The notes under the pieces: model-generated
What the model saw: the letters and a program-made list of their open reading frames with translations, nothing else
Databases searched by the model: none
Told to the model about the DNA's origin: nothing
Shown here: positions 12,745 to 25,817 of the stretch, piece after piece
How positions within the stretch are numbered: position 1 is the stretch's first letter
Layout of the letters: each line of letters starts with the position of its first letter
Program-made: the position numbers and the translations under genes
DNA from: Moniliella sp. 'wahieum'
Lineage: Eukaryota
Reading direction: 5' to 3'
DNA length: 64,000 nucleotides
Assembly (NCBI GenBank): GCA_003971905.1
Contig: RSEE01000132.1
Location: forward strand, 62,001 to 126,000

Positions 12745-12913
12745 GGTAGCGACACGTGAAGCTTGAAGGCTCTGACCTGGAGACAACCTAGTCTCTAGAC
12801 CACAGAAGATAAGGGAGTAATAATCAAATAACGAGGTGAGAAAGAAGAAGGGGAAGTGGGAAGGAGAAGCGGTGGCGAAGAGGACCGAGCAAGCAGTGGG
12901 ACAGGGGTGAACA
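12745..12913 (+). mobile_element. Short LTR-like repeat, copy 1
   Basis: Aligns in inverted orientation with 33814-33967. Ends ...GGGACAGGGGTGAACA, followed after 2 nt by TGG (PBS-like). Confidence 0.6.
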
Positions 12914-14170
12914 GGTGGCACGCTGGCCTATGCGCCGCAACTCTGGAGTCTAGCGTTCACATCTCCGAATCTGGCACGGCACTGATGGGTGACGTGGCAA
13001 CATTGGGTCTTCTCTATTTCTGAAGCTCTCTGATCTTTCTGTAAATGATATGACTAGTACTGACGGGACCTTCCTGTTGACATGTTCTCTCACCCCCACC
13101 TCTCATTCCCTGTCCCATATAACAGAGGGCCGTTTGATTGAGTGGATCCGGATTTCTCTACTGAGATGAGAGAGAACCACATCCCAACAGGTATTGGAAA
13201 ACAAGGCGAGAATCATATGTGTTTGTTTTGCACATCGACAAGCCTTACGCGTTACGCGTCATGCGTCATGTGGCTAGAATGCGACTTCAGGGGCGCGCTC
13301 GGCGATCCTATGGGGGTCGCTCCGATGCAGTCTCCAGTCAAGGCGCGAAGGGAAGGTGGCGAGTCATAATGCATAAGTGTTCAAGCTACGTCTGATGGGA
13401 AGAGGACGGGAAAGAGAGGAGAGAGAGAGGAGCGAGAGCTCGCTGCGCATCAGTCTATATATGTGTCACGCGAGAGCGGAATTCTTCCGTCTGTGGCTAT
13501 GAGGCGAGCGTCATGCGTCACTGGCCACCGATCAACCTCGGGCCTTGCGAGGAACATGTGTCGCTACCCTTTATTAGCGGTTGGGAGTTGAGGTTGATGA
13601 CATGTTGACATATGAACCCTTTTCCCGTCTTAACTGAGTACTGAAGTCCGAGACCCGCAGCGAGACCTTTACGAAATACAACCTCCAACGGAGGCTGATG
13701 AATCACTTGTCGCACACTGCCCCCCTCATCTGCTGTTTTACACGATGTATATACTTAAACGCGCGCTTTTGCGCCTCCCATGTCGCCCTGTGCTCTGTTA
13801 GAGAGTGTATCATCTATGGCTCTCCAATTAAAAAGCCCCGCATGGCACACTTAAAGCTTAATGGTGGAAACAGTGCGGCCCCGCGCATAATGTGCATCAT
13901 TGCCCAGGAACGATGGAAGAGCGCAATAAAAAGGCTGCGACGGAAGTGCACACATCTCTCATCACGGAGTGTGGGGAGCAGGGAGCGATGGGGACGGGCT
14001 CTTACCTCACATCTAGTAAAAGGGGGATGATCGATAGATAGATCGATCGATGATCGATAGAGCTTGAAGCTTGAAGGGAAAGTGACATGTGTATACAAAG
14101 TGCCGAGATATGTGGGTCAGGAGAGATGGCCGCATGTACTGTCTCGGGGAGAAGTGTATGCGCCAGGATA

Positions 14171-14516
14171 TGTTGACCAGGGCCCTATGGGCCAGCCACC
14201 TCCGAGGTCATCGACCTGACCATCTTACTCATCCGGACACCACGCCAGTATCCCTATCCTCTTGCGGCGCCACTCTTTCCTCTTCTCTTCTTCTTCTTTT
14301 TCTTCTTCTTCTTCTTCTTCTTCTCTTTTTCTTCTTCTTCTTCTTCTTCTTCTTCTTCTTCTTCTTCTTCTTCTTTCTTCTTTTCTTCTTCTGATACTCA
14401 GTCTGGGTTCGACCCAGCTACATTCAAGAATCAATACCTACTCTTCAAGAACTGCTATTATACGGATTGAGACGTTTTGACGTCAAATACAATCAGATCC
14501 GACACAGCCCGTAACA
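14171..14516 (+). mobile_element. Probable solo LTR containing a CTT microsatellite
   Basis: TGTT...AACA termini, LTR-like size, lies in a TE-rich tract. No clean target-site duplication. Confidence 0.4.
14275..14392. repeat. (CTT)n microsatellite
   Basis: About 115 bp of near-perfect CTT repeats. Confidence 0.95.
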
Positions 14517-14683
14517 TGATCAACATGCATCATGAGCGACCGTTGAAGAGATCAAAATCTTCAAGCTCAAGTTGGGTTGAAAGGGGACGGAGAGGCACAG
14601 CGATAGCCGGTAAAATAACCTATGACGTACTATAGAATGCCACTTAAGAAAACTCTATTGAACGTTGACCGAACGTTGACTAA

Positions 14684-15546
14684 TGTCACCCGCGAAGACG
14701 GACTGGTATAAGCTTGGCGGAGTCCACGCGCTCCCTTCGTCTCTCTATATATGACCCAATCCCAGAGCTCGCTCCCAACAACTCCAATAAACGTCAACCC
14801 TCGTCAGATCGTTGCTGGCCAGACCATCAGGAGGGTTACGAGGGTCACTGCAGGCTGGCTCGCCTAAACAAAACCCATCTAGAGCCCGTCGAGCCTAAAC
14901 GGAGCATGCTTTCTTTGATCTGGGCGACCAAGATCGCATCAATTCCCCACGGCTGCGCGGAGTCCTTGTTGTGTGGATGAATTGCGTGCTATTACACTGG
15001 CGACATGCAACCAGTGGCACTGCAGTAGCAGTGCTCTTATCTTTTCCCTTGCTGTGAATGGGAGTTTAGCTCTTGTGGGAGCTATGCAGTGAATGTTATG
15101 ACTTAAACACCTCCATCCCTGTTAGCTGCACAATAGTCTTCAGATCCGTGAGTGAGCATTGCGCCTCATGAATATTGAATACTTCCCGATACTGAATTGA
15201 TTCTACTGTAGCGACGTCCTGGTCCACTCGGCTATGGAGACCGAAATGGATGCTGAAGCGATTAGGACAGTAGCGCAGGCGATCGATTACGGGCGAGAAG
15301 AGATAGGCGTTGGTGATAGGAACCAGAACAAGGGGTACAGGGGAATGCTACTAGTCGTTGGCTTACGCGAGTACGCGCGCATCAGCAGTCCTCAAAGCCG
15401 CGGAGCCACGGGGCTTGTCAGGAGACGGAGATGGGGGAAAGGGAGCAGATGAATTGCATACATCTATAGACGCAGAGGAGGTATATGACAACCTCCTCAG
15501 GAAGGGGGGGCACAGTCGAGAGGTGGACACAGGATCTCCCAACTGA
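14684..15546 (+). mobile_element. Decayed Ty1/copia-like element: candidate LTR (14684-14996), PBS (14998-15005) and RNase H remnant (about 15220-15510)
   Basis: TGTCA...TTACA termini with internal TATATA and AATAAA, then TGGCGACA. SAMETEMDA and, about 88 codons later, DAEEVYDNLLRK echo the copia motifs STxEAEY and ADILTK. Confidence 0.4.
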
Positions 15547-15910
15547 TAGGAATCACGCCATATAGTGCCCATACGGGCCTAGTGGGCAAGGGCCCCCTAG
15601 CACGGTGTGATTCTGACAGGGCTAATGAGGCCGGAAGTGCGCCGCGATCCGTGAAGTCAGTCACCGTCGCAACACTACTTCAACAATATTTGGTCTTTGG
15701 TCTTGAGCGCAAAAGTGAGCGTAAGGTGAGCTGCCGGATCTGACGGTACTTTCTTGATCCGGGTGTATCGTTTTCGTTGGGAGACTCTCCCCTCACAGGA
15801 CCCTCAGTCCTCATATATCATTTTCATACCTATTAGGTTCTTGCTGAGGGTGGAGAACCTGCTCATTACTTTGAGTTTTTTTGTGTTGGACTGTTCCTCT
15901 GTTCCTATTA

Positions 15911-16616
15911 GGGAACCCATCATGTCTTGCACCCGCTCCCAGGCCAAGTTTGGTGCGTTGCATGACGCAGTGCGGGAGCCCATTCTCCAGCTCCTACGCT
16001 CCATCCCCGACACCCATGTCCGCAACGAACCTATGGTGGAGGACGAGGATGGGAGACGACAGAGGACGCAGCGCACCGACTACCGCGTGATGGGGCCCGG
16101 AGCACTCGGAGGATCAGGAATGGAGGTAGACCACACGCTGCGCGACACGGGATCACTGGCGGCGCAGAGCGCGTTCCGGAGGGTGGTGCATGAGAGCACC
16201 GCAACCCCCTTGGAACGCCGGGAGAAGGAGCTGCTTCGGATGCTTGAAAAGCAGAATGCGACAAGAACGCCAAGTACCAGGGACGCACTCAAGAGCCGTT
16301 TTTCCCCCTGGTTTTGACGACGCGAGGATACTACGGCACCAAGACGGCGGGTAAGTTGTTTGCGCATTGGAAGGAGTTGGCTACTAAGTCTCAGTGGAAA
16401 TGGTTCCTCGCTCGGATGTCAACCTCGTTCCTCCGTGTCCACACGCGCTTCCTAGGGTACGGGACCGGATGGCGTGAGCCGGAGGGTCCTGATATCCTGG
16501 AGATCCCCCTGGTTCCTTGACCTGGTGGCGCCCCCAAGTAACCCCCGCAAGATGAACGGTTAGGTTTAGACGTAGCGTTCCCCTGTCCCAGCCTTAAGCT
16601 CTGTCAATGAAATGGA
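15911..16616 (+). mobile_element. 5'-truncated CRE/Cnl1-like (RLE-type) non-LTR retrotransposon, copy 1
   Basis: IMSC..LHDAVR..NEP..RTDYRV..MEVDHT restriction-like endonuclease region. Shares its 3' UTR with copies 2 and 3. Confidence 0.8.
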
Positions 16617-17136
16617 CATTATCTAGGGAACCCTTCGTCCCTACTTGATCTGTGTTCCTTTCGAGAGCTCTGCGCCTTTATTCCTTCCTTTTTCTTTTTA
16701 CATTGTATGTTCCTTGCTTGAACGATTGCCTGTAGAGCCTTTGGTCAATATTCAATGTTCTTCCCCTAGAAGGTAATTTTGTTCCCTTTTTCCCACCGTT
16801 CCTTCTCTCTCCTCTCTCACGGGTACCCCCGTTATTATTGTAACCTCAGGCACCCTTATCATTTGCCTCATCATCGATCATCCCGAATCTATGTGACTAT
16901 AGTCGGCTCCTCTTTTACTGGGGAAGCGTTTCACCTCCTGCACTTTACACTAATAGTGTTATGAATATGACGCCACACCTCTTTTCCCTGACCCACAGGC
17001 ATCGTTTGGTTGGACACCCAAGAGGGGGACTAGAACAAGTCATCGGCACGTGCGCGTTTTGTGCCCCTGGCCTCGCCGAGCGGATCCAGGGGGACAAGGA
17101 GGTCGGGCAAGAGAGGTTCGTGGGGGGTGTACTCAA

Positions 17137-18131
17137 TCACCTCTGGCGGTACGGGCAGGTTGGGCCGCGGTGGTAGCCCTGGAAGATGAAGAGCCGAAGG
17201 TCCCAAGAGGGGGGCACCGCGCGGCTCACCCCATCTGACGGCAAAGGTGGGCCCGTATCATACGCCTCGTCCACCTCTACATACGCATACTCTGGCTCCC
17301 GCGCCAACTTCTCCTCGGGGCTCAGCGCAGCGTCGGTATAGACCAAACGTTGTTTTGTGCCTTCTTGCTGGGCCCGGAGATGAGGTGCGAGGACCGGCAC
17401 AGGCGGCGGGCGGGGCGCCGGGGCACCGATAAGCGCCGTGTGCGCATGCTCGCCCCCTACTGCTGGCGGCGGCACACCTCCCTGCCGCACGCGCCTGAAC
17501 GCGTCCAATTGTTGTTTCAACGTCTCGACCGACAAGACGCCCTTGTGAATCGCGGTTCTTGGACACTTGTGCCCCTTGGCCTTGCGTACGCGCTGCTTTG
17601 CGCCGCTCCACACTCGTGTAAATCTTGTTCCGGCACCTTCCCCTCCATCCCGTAAATCTCAAGCTCCAGCGTATCCCGTCCGGGTAACGTGTTTTCCAGT
17701 CTGTCTCCCCGCAAAGTCATCGTCACGTCATCGTCATCGCCACATGGGTCAGTATCATCATGTCGTGCCAAGGGGGTACGTTGTCACGAGAATTAATGGG
17801 AACGGACTACGTGGTCAGTTCGGCCTTGTGGACTTGATCCAAGTGCACCCCCAGGCCACCGGCAGTGTTGAGGCGACGCGGACATTGCGGACAGCGGAAA
17901 TGCTTGGCACGCTGATGGGAGATGAGCACCTTTTCATCTTCAAACTCGCGACTGGAAAGGCAAATCAATGGGAAGAGCAGGGGACGGGGGTCAGTGTCGG
18001 CGGTGCGGCTAGGCGAAGGAGTAGGGAAACGGGAGAGGGAGATGGAGAGAGGGAGAGAAAGAGAAAGATCCGACGTACTCGCAGTACCAGCACCACGCCA
18101 AGAGCTCCACAGGCACCTTCTTCTTGACCAT
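17137..18131 (-). CDS. ZNF207/BuGZ-like C2H2 zinc finger protein (3' end uncertain)
   Basis: MVKKK..WCWYCE-[intron]-REFEDEKVLISHQRAKHFRCPQCPRRLNTAGGLGVHLDQVHK, then ENTLPGR..LEIYGMEG and a GLEBS-like LVYTDAALSPEEKLA. Confidence 0.9.
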
Positions 18132-18464
18132 TGCAGCACCACGTCGAAATGAGAAGAGAGGGAGGTGGGAGGCCGGCCGTGCGGTAGTGGTAGCAGAGCG
18201 TATCCACTACCCTCCCCGCCGTCCGCCCTTCGCGTCCGACACCTCCGCCTGAGGCCACACCAGATGCCCTCTCCCCGTGGCCCGGCCATTCCGTTCCGCC
18301 ACGGGGCGGAATGGGTCTGGATTGCAGCGAATTATTTTTTGTCCTCCCCCGCGCCCCATCTTGGCCCAAGTGTCGTACTCGAGTCTGGCTGGAGGGAGCC
18401 AAGGTGAGTGGGTGTGTGGTAGGGTGCCCATTGGTTTCCCTCCCACCTCCATCCCTTCACCAAC

Positions 18465-19503
18465 ATGTTCAAGCGTTTCAAGCGGCACGAAGAGCGGGCG
18501 GACATGGCCGAGGAACTGGGCTTGGACCGCGAACCGATGAGCATCGATTTCGATGAGTCGTCCGATTCCGACTCGGGTTCCGATTCGGGCTCCGATTCGG
18601 GCTCTGATTCGGGGACAGAGAGCGAAGCGGAAGTTGACATTACGTCTGCCAAGTCTGAGGGTACGGGCAAGAGGAAGCGCGGGTCCAATGAGGAGGAGTC
18701 GGAGGAGGAGGAGGCGTCAGAGGAGGAGTCGGAGTCCGAGTCGGAGGGGGGGAGGAGCAAGGGGAGGAGGACCTGATTCCGAAGCCGAGTCCGAAGCCGA
18801 GTCGGAGAATGAAGTGGTGCTACCACCGAAGAGTGTGGCCGAAACGTTAAAGGATCCGATTGCTGGGATGCCAATGCACCATTTAAGAAGGGGTTCCAGT
18901 GGCGCTCGTGCCTCATTTGCCCAGGTCTGAAGCTCAAGGAGGAGCATGTGGTGCAAGAGCATGTACGCTCCAAGCGGCATGCTCAACGTCTCGCCGCTTA
19001 CACCCAGTACGCCCTCAAGGAGCTCAGCGAAGAACAGCGGACTTTTGTGGGAGAAGGCATGGTGGATCCGCGACACTTGGCTGCCGAGTTGGATGCCTTG
19101 CAGCGCAAAGCGGCCGAGCCCGCTACCAAGAAGGCCAAGACCAAGTCCGAGGTACGTCGGCGTTGCAGGGCAGATCAGAGGGATCATTACTAACGGGATG
19201 TATCAGGGAAAGGAGGCAGGCCTGCCGAAGGACCAGAACAAGAGCAAGAGCAAGAGCAAGAGCAAGGAAAGGAGTGAGGGGGCGATGCAGCCTGTTGATC
19301 GGACTGTGATCGCGCGGGCGAAAAAGGGCCACAAGTTACCTCCGACGAATGGGCCGCTTGTCGCAACAGGACAAGACGGCGGTCATGCGAGTACAACAGT
19401 ATGGCCAAGCGTTTGGCTAAGCGCAAGTCTTCCAAGGCCGAAAGGAAAAATAACCCTGCCTCCATCAAAGAGGCTACGAAACCACCTACGCAAGCTTGAA
19501 TGA
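18465..19503 (+). CDS. Hypothetical protein with an acidic N-terminal region, one C2H2 finger and a basic C-terminus
   Basis: MFKRFKRHEERADMAEELGL, a D/E/S tract, CLICPGLKLKEEHVVQEHVRSKRH across frames, intron GTACGT..CTAAC..CAG near 19152-19206. Confidence 0.7.
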
Positions 19504-20304
19504 ACCTCACATCCTTTTGAGCGTAGGATTGAAGTGGGGTACAGGGAAGGCATGGGTATGAACGTGCTCTACCTATTACTAGTTACTAGTGGCGCATACC
19601 CCGTGCACGCTGAGCCAGCCCCTATCTGGGAGTTCTGTGCGATCTGTGCGATCTGATCCACCAAAATATCGTAATAGTCTCAATGTGGATTGGCTTTTTA
19701 CAGCATCCATCGCTCCTCCCCACTAGGGGACGTCCAATGCGCGCGTCCAGGAGTTGGCAGCGGACGCGCCCGAGGGAGACAGCACGGGGTACCGACGAAT
19801 CGTAGTGAAGAACCCAGGTTCGCGACAGAGCGGGTCCCCCGCGCCTTGAAATGAACGCACCATGCTACATAGCGCTGTCATTAATGCAGATCTGCCATCA
19901 TCGTGATGCATGTGCAAGCATCTGCAGTTCATCGGCCAAACACGGAGGATTACAAGGAGAGAACAAGCCCACATAAAGCTACCATCATGTATCACAAGCT
20001 CCGTGTGACTGCTGTGTAGGGAAGCGTACTCTCCGCTGGTGGGGCAAGTGGGGGACTGTTGGCCATTCGTTTAGGTTTACCACACTTTTATTTCCCGATG
20101 CCCCTGAGCTCGACCGAAGTTGGGAAAGTCATGCACTCGACCTACTAAACTCTCTAAAATGGAAGGTGCTATCGCGAGAGACTCTCCCCGACATCCCTTG
20201 CGACTACATTGCGGAATGAAGTTATCGAGAAAACCTTGAAGCATTGACCATTGGATCAATGATGGGAACCATTGAACGTATTGAACAGACAGCCATTCCG
20301 TCAG

Positions 20305-21527
20305 CTACTGCTTCAGCAGCTGGATGGGCGCAGGCGGGTCCACAACTGCGAGCTGAGCGTTGGATTTGACGAGGAAGTTTTCATTGATGTTGGTACCGAT
20401 CATATTGAGCGGGAAGCCAATGTCAAAGGGGATGACACTTTCGAGGTACTTGATCTGCTGGGCCGTGAGCTTAATCGAAAGAGCCTCAATGTTTTGCTTG
20501 AGATGCTCAATCTTGGCCCACCCACGATCGGGTAGACCCAAGGGTACTTGCTCATCACATACGCAATCGCTACTGCGGTCAATGACTCGACTCCCACTTC
20601 CTCTGCCACCTTTTCGAGCGCAGCCGAGATCTTGACTTCGTTTTCGGTTTGCTCGGCACCGCCACGCAAATGGCCCCCTCGGCCTTGCGCGCTTCGATTT
20701 GCTTGGCCGACTTGAACTTGCCCCCGCCCATCACGTCCCAGGGGCACAGCGCCATACCAAACGTACGTGCCATCGGCAAAATGTCCCGCTCAAAGTCGCG
20801 GGCCATCACGTTCCAGCGCCCTTGGTAGACACTAAAGGGCGTCTTGCCGTGTGCTTTGGCGTACGTGTTGGCTGCCGAAACCACCCACGCAGGCGTGTCC
20901 GACACACCAAGGTACAGCACCTTGCCCTGCTTGACGAGAATGTCGAGACTGTCCATCACCTCCTCAATGCTGGTGGAGTGGTCCCACCAGTGGGGTACCT
21001 GCGGGCGCGAGTGCCGGTTAGCTCCTTCCCTCCATCGCGCCAAAAACAAGAGTTCAAACAGGGGTTAAGAGACGTACAGAATGTCAATGTAGTCCGTCTG
21101 GAGCTTGCGCAGCGACGCATGCACACTCATGTGCAACGACTTGGCACTGTTACCCGACGCATTGGGCACATTGCCTTTACCATCGGCGTAGGAACGGTAG
21201 TCGGTCGTGTACTTGGTGGCCAACACAATCCGGTCCCGGTTTGCGCGCAGCCATCCAGTTACCCAAGATGGTCTCCGACTCTTCCCCTTGGTAGTTGTTG
21301 GCCGTGTCAATCGCGTTGCCACCAGCCTCGACAAACGCATCGAGCAACGCAAACGAATCTTCTTCGTTTAAAGCACCCATGAACCCCGACCACGCCGTCC
21401 CGATCGACATGGCGCCCAGGAAGAAGGGCGAGACGCGCACACTGGCCCGCGGGGCCAGAATGCGGTAGCGCCCCAGTTCGGTCGCGGGCTCAGGAGCAGG
21501 ACCAAAGAGCTTGAGAAATTCAGACAT
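20305..21527 (-). CDS. Aryl-alcohol dehydrogenase / NorA-type aldo-keto reductase
   Basis: [95 protein letters not shown]. Confidence 0.95.
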
Positions 21528-23390
21528 GGTGGGAGGAGCGGGGATGGAGGCACAGCGGGAAAGAGGAGATGGTGGGGGGACGAGGTGGCTGGCGAACGGA
21601 ATGGAAGCGCGCCTAAATGGGCAAAGCGAGGCTGGGGAGTGGGCTGAGCGCTGACGGTTTTGGAGAGGCCGAGGACCAGAAAGGTTGGTTGTCACATGTC
21701 ATGGGCATCAGCAGAGGTGCGGCCGCGGGGGTGGACGACGAAGGAGGTGGCCCGTGCATATCAGCTATCAGCTATCAATTTCAGCGCTGTCCTCGATCCT
21801 CCCTACCCCGGTTAATCGCAACGCGTGCCTGCCCCTTGGGGCTGGAAGCTGGAAGCTTGAATTGCAATCGGTGGAGTGACTCAAATGACTGTTACCGAGT
21901 GATATCATGCAGCAAGCGTGGCAAGCTTTACTCATGGACCAATTCGACGCGTGGACTGTGGGGCAACCAACCGCCAGCTTCGCTGTCCATCGACCTCATC
22001 AACCTCACTGGGCGCCGGAGCACCTGCCGGAACGCGTAAGCACCGTCAGCGTCAGCGTCAGCGTCAGCGTCAGCAAGGATTGCCGCGGAGGGGAAGGTCT
22101 GCCTCGGAGGCTCTGGGGAGCTTGTTGGTGGTGGGGCCTGGCGGCTTCCTCACGGTGAGGCGATTGACTAGTGTCAGCTAGTGAGGCTGCGATGATCGAT
22201 CGATGAGGCTGGTCGGGATCTGCGATCCGATGGCCAGATCTGAGATTCTGAGATCGCTGGAGCTTGAAGCCAACCCGAACAAGCTCCTCCGTCAGCGATC
22301 CTCGCTGATTCATCATCCATCTGCCCTCCGGGCCGACGGACGTTACCGGGTATAACGCGCTGTCAGCCGCTTAGGCGCTGATCAGCACAATTCTCAAGCA
22401 ATTCAATATTAGCCAGCCGCTGTCTGCTCCACCCACGCACCGCGGCGCCCACCCACCGCGGATGGCTTAGGCCATCCCTCCCTCCCTCCCTCCCTCCATC
22501 TTCTTCGCCAGCATCAGCCAACATCCATTCCCTCGGCATGGCCGTCACCATTCACCACGGGTAGGGTAACCCACTTTGACCTGGCCCAAGCCCAAGCAGA
22601 TCGACTGCGCCCGGCTCACCCACCTACGCTATCCCCATCTGCCCGCTTGCTTGTCTCCCCACCTCTGTACTCGGTACTCACACCACCCCCCGGTGCAGCA
22701 TAGTGTACCATCTACAGCCACCTGGGGCCCTTGGTCTTCTGCTCGAGTGGGGCGCTGCGTAGGATATCTCCCGATTCACTGCTCACCACCTCCGCGGCGC
22801 ATCTAGCTTCGTCCGACCCCATGTAGGAAAGCCTTCACAAGGAGGCCGGGGCTGGGTCCGCGTCAGTACACAGTACTCAGTACTGTCGGTGTTGTTTGTT
22901 TTGAGTAATGGAGTTTTGGATGTTTCGTTATACTCTCCCCTTCGTTGGCCGGCACTCCATACCATACACTGCACCGTGGAAAGTCAGCTGGAGACCCGTG
23001 CGGTGTTCGACAGGCCGCTTGGATCCTCCGCGTAGGGGGCACTGCCGACTCATTGTAGGTCTGAAGGAACATGCACTTTCTGCGTGGCCGTAGCTGAAGA
23101 CCACCGTCGGTCACCTCCGCTCGTTACTGTTGCGGCGGTATCAACGAGGTACAAACGAGGGGAGTTAAAAATCAAATTGCAATCTAGCTGCCCAAAAAGG
23201 AGACAGCGCTGTGCTAGGGTTAGCTGCGTTGGCCAGCCCCATTCTTTCAAATCGCATTCTGCTGGGGCCGTCGACTGGCCGCGCCATTCCGCCCCCGCCC
23301 CCCCCTGCAATTCCGCTGCGGACCACCCACTGACGCGTCCGCGGCCATGCCCCCCCGCCTTCCTCCTCCCGCCCATCGCCCATCGCCCCC

Positions 23391-24397
23391 ATGTTTCGCA
23401 ACACGTACGACAGCGACAACACCACCTTCAGCCCCCAAGGCCGTCTCCACCAGGTCGAGTACGCCTGCGAGGCTGTCAAGCAGGGCTCCGCCGTCGTCGG
23501 CTTGCGCAGCAAGACCCACGCCGTGCTCGTCGCCCTCAAGCGCCCCCAGCGAGTTGGCCGCCTACCAGAACAAGACGCTCAAGATCGACAACCACATGGG
23601 CATGGCTATGCCGGCCTTACGTCCGATGCGCGTGTGCTGAGCCACTACATGCGCCAACTGGCCCTGAGATCCCGCTTGGTGTACAACCGCCCCTTGCCCC
23701 TGGCTCGCATTGTGGGGTCGCTGGCGGACCGCGCCCAGCTGAATACGATGCACTATGGCAAACGGCCCTATGGTGTCGGCTTCTTGATTGTTGGCGTCGA
23801 TGCCACCGGCCCGCACCTCTACGAGTTTTCCCCCACGGGCAATTGCTGGGAATACTACGCCATGGCCCTCGGCGCCCGCTCCCAGAGCAGCAAGACTTAC
23901 CTTGAACGCAGCCTCGACGAATTGCCCGACCTGTCCAAGGAAGAGTTGGTGCTCAAGGGACTCTATGCCCTCCGAGAGTCCCTCCAGCAGGGAAAGGAGT
24001 TGAAGAAGGAGGCCGTCTCCATCGCCGTCGTCGGTCCTAACGCTCATGTGCTCGCGTCTAAGCTTGCCCGGGCCAGGCGGAGCGGTTCGAGATCATCGAT
24101 GGCGACGATGTCCAATCTTGGTTAGACCGGTACGTTCCCATTCGCAGTTGATGTTATCTTGTGCGGGGGGGGAGACAAGCAGAGCCGAGCTGACCATTTT
24201 CGTTGGGGGGGAGAACAGACTGCCAGCACGTCCTACGCCGGCCGAGCGTGCCGCCGCTCTCCAAGGCCACCGGTCCCACCACCCGCCCCGGCCGATGCGC
24301 CTACCGATGCGCCACCGAGCCTACCGATGCGCCCACCACAGCGCCTACGGACGACGCACCGGCCCAGACGGACGAGGATGTGCAGATGCACGACTGA
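23391..24397 (+). CDS. PRE5: 20S proteasome subunit alpha-6 (PSMA1 orthologue)
   Basis: MFRNTYDSDNTTFSPQGRLHQVEYA, AGLTSDARVLS, RPYGVGFLI, ALGARSQSSKTYLER. Confidence 0.96.
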
Positions 24398-25817
24398 GAT
24401 GGGGCGTGCTCCTGCGTGCGGCCCACGTCCTGGACCCACCAATGGAACCCACAACTGCTACGCACAGTTGTCTCGATGTGGATGGTAGGACGCAATAGGC
24501 GCGGCTAGGGTAGCCAACCGTGGCGTGATAGTGTGTAGCAAAAAAGGAATGTTACCGGCGCCGTGGCCTTTGGCAAATACTGCGAACGGGGGACGTTGGC
24601 AGCCCCCTCTCGTTGTCTTGCCTGCTTTGGGCTAGCTGGGTGATCAGTGAGCAAGATGAGCAAGATGAGCAAGGTGCCTGCCCCCATACCCAGCAGGCCT
24701 CAGAGCGGGCGTGGGATGTCGGGCTACAACCTACCCGACCAGACCGGACCCGAGGACTTGAGGCAGGGCTGATGAGGCCTGAGCTGAGCGTGAGCAGCCG
24801 GCTAGCACCCCTCGTATTGACGATGATCTCGATGATCCTTCCTTGTTTCCGCGATATCATCACCACTGGCACCACCGTCATCACTACCACCACCACCACC
24901 ATCCCCATCACCATCATCTGCCAAGGGTAACTCACCCGGTCCCTGGACATTCATTAGTGGTACCCTTTGCCAAAACAGGAGAAGGCGATGGGGGAAAGGA
25001 TAAGGATAAGGATCATATTCATCGAGTGGAAAGAGAGCGAGGCATATCTGCTCGGACAAGAAGAGAACATGCGAGCTAAGTCACATGGAGGAAAAAGAGG
25101 GAGCACAATCCAAATGGGGGAAAACAGGGGCTAGAATAAATCAAGGTCGTCAGAAAGCTTGGTGAAAAAACTGATCAAGTGAGCTGATCGATCTGATCTT
25201 GACACTCCCACCGATCCTGTGGACGCCTTGGGTCTTCTTCTTCGACAAATGTCGCTGTGGAAGACTGGTCGCCTCCTACCGATCCAAAGGTTCCCAGAAG
25301 GTTTAGTGTTTAGTTTGTCACCTCTCGTAGGAGGTCGATGGCGCCAGGCACGCACCACTTCTACCTTCACTAGGCCAACACGTACGGTGCAAGCGAGAAA
25401 ACGAGCGCCCAAAGAGGCTGAACGCTAGTGAAAGTAACAACCATTCACGTTACGAATCGGGCTACCGTAAGTGGACACACAAAGAGAGATTGGCCAGGCT
25501 GATGGACGTGAGACAAGACACTCAAGGGGTGGTAGGAGAGGAGGAGAGGAGAGAAGTGGTCATGAAATGCGGAACGTAGCAGGGAGAGGCGATGAGAAAA
25601 AAGAGAGTGGTTTCAGATCGACGGAGTGCGGGGGTTACGGGAAAAGGGGATGGGGATGGGAATGGGGGAAACTCATAGGGAAAAGGAGCGCGTGGATCTG
25701 TGGTGGGCAGATCTGCTGGGCTCAAAAGGGGGTACCGTTACCCGCCCTCCCTCAAAGGAAAAGCGAAGAGGCAAAGCAAAGCAAAGCAAAGCAAAAGGAA
25801 AAGTCCACCTACGTGGT

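Noticed and set aside
14089..14480. Poly-F/L/R/E ORFs in the ORF track
   Set aside because: These are translation artefacts of the CTT microsatellite.
21877..21883. TGACTCA AP-1/Gcn4 site upstream of the aldo-keto reductase
   Set aside because: A single 7-mer without conservation data is not supportable.
24765..24810. CTGATGAG as a hammerhead ribozyme core
   Set aside because: No closing stem II followed by GAAA.
25131..25385. Superficial likeness of the structured intron to a bacterial lysine riboswitch (GTGAAG.TAGA...GTGCG, TGTCAAGA) or a telomerase template (CTAAACACTAAAC)
   Set aside because: The matches are only a few nucleotides, the helix arrangement differs, and there is no CTAACCCTAA template.
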